This document shows, one piece after another, positions 63,954 to 64,000 of a DNA stretch of 64,000 nucleotides. The DNA lies in the IMG/VR virus record IMGVR_UViG_3300045988_094716, positions 47,865 through 111,864 of that record. The stretch is one strand, 5' to 3'. This DNA is from a virus. The notes under the pieces were generated by a model that did not search any database, was not told the origin of the DNA, and was given only the letters and a program-made list of their open reading frames with translations. Within the stretch, counting starts at the first letter, position 1; each line of letters starts with the position of its first letter. The position numbers were made by a program, and so were the translations under genes.

Positions 63954-64000
63954 ATGGCTTCAAAGAGTACCAAAGGAGAAATCCTCGCCAAGTTTTTTGA
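63954..64000 (+). CDS. 5' end of a gene (MASKSTKGEILAKFF...), truncated by window end
   Basis: ATG after AGGAGG RBS. Confidence 0.4.
   Translation, partial: MASKSTKGEILAKFF

Overview
This 64 kb window is AT-rich (about 38-40% GC) and looks like part of a large bacteriophage or prophage, probably from an anaerobic low-GC Firmicute. Essentially every credible gene is on the + strand: about 110 tightly packed ORFs with AGGAG-type RBSs. The minus-strand ORFs in the track are shadows of these. No capsid, terminase or tail genes are present.

Layout, in order:
- 1-15.4 kb: a long array of small early or host-takeover genes. It includes a Bro-N antirepressor-like gene, a short tyrosine recombinase, a DnaD-like replisome organizer, a Lar-like restriction-alleviation protein and a SleB-like cell-wall hydrolase.
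- 15.4-17.4 kb: two strong sigma70-type promoters, an orphan MazF/PemK-like toxin gene and a catalytically degenerate integrase-like gene.
- 17.4-19.5 kb: a GC-rich, apparently frameshifted ORF of about 700 aa with unknown function.
- 19.5-20.6 kb: four tandem paralogs that all end in E-C-x-C-(E/A)-S-L-L.
- 21.1-21.75 kb: an Rnl2-like RNA ligase.
- 21.9-22.8 kb: an HNH endonuclease gene interrupted only by three in-frame TAG codons.
- 22.9-24.06 kb: a cluster of seven tRNA genes, all with U at anticodon position 34.
- 24.2-26.2 kb: a circularly permuted, split and frameshifted C5 cytosine methyltransferase carrying a G10 homopolymer, followed by a phage Dam-like N6A methyltransferase.
- 27.5-45 kb: the replication module. 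It holds an SSB-like protein, a Sak4/AAA_24 ATPase, a DnaB-like helicase, a primase, a RecJ-like DHH exonuclease, a metallophosphoesterase, a DNA polymerase III alpha subunit, a RecD-like helicase with a LAGLIDADG intein in its P-loop, and an ATP-dependent DNA ligase.
- 47.9-62.3 kb: nucleotide metabolism. ThyX, anaerobic RNR NrdD and NrdG, dUTPase, FolD and a second N6/N4 methyltransferase, with a flotillin-like gene and many zinc-ribbon mini-proteins interspersed.
- 62.3-63.9 kb: excisionase, a tyrosine integrase and att-like direct repeats.

An 16-18 nt motif, (C)TATATAACACAGGATAC, recurs upstream of genes in both orientations; in its inverted form it overlaps the -10 elements of the strongest promoters.
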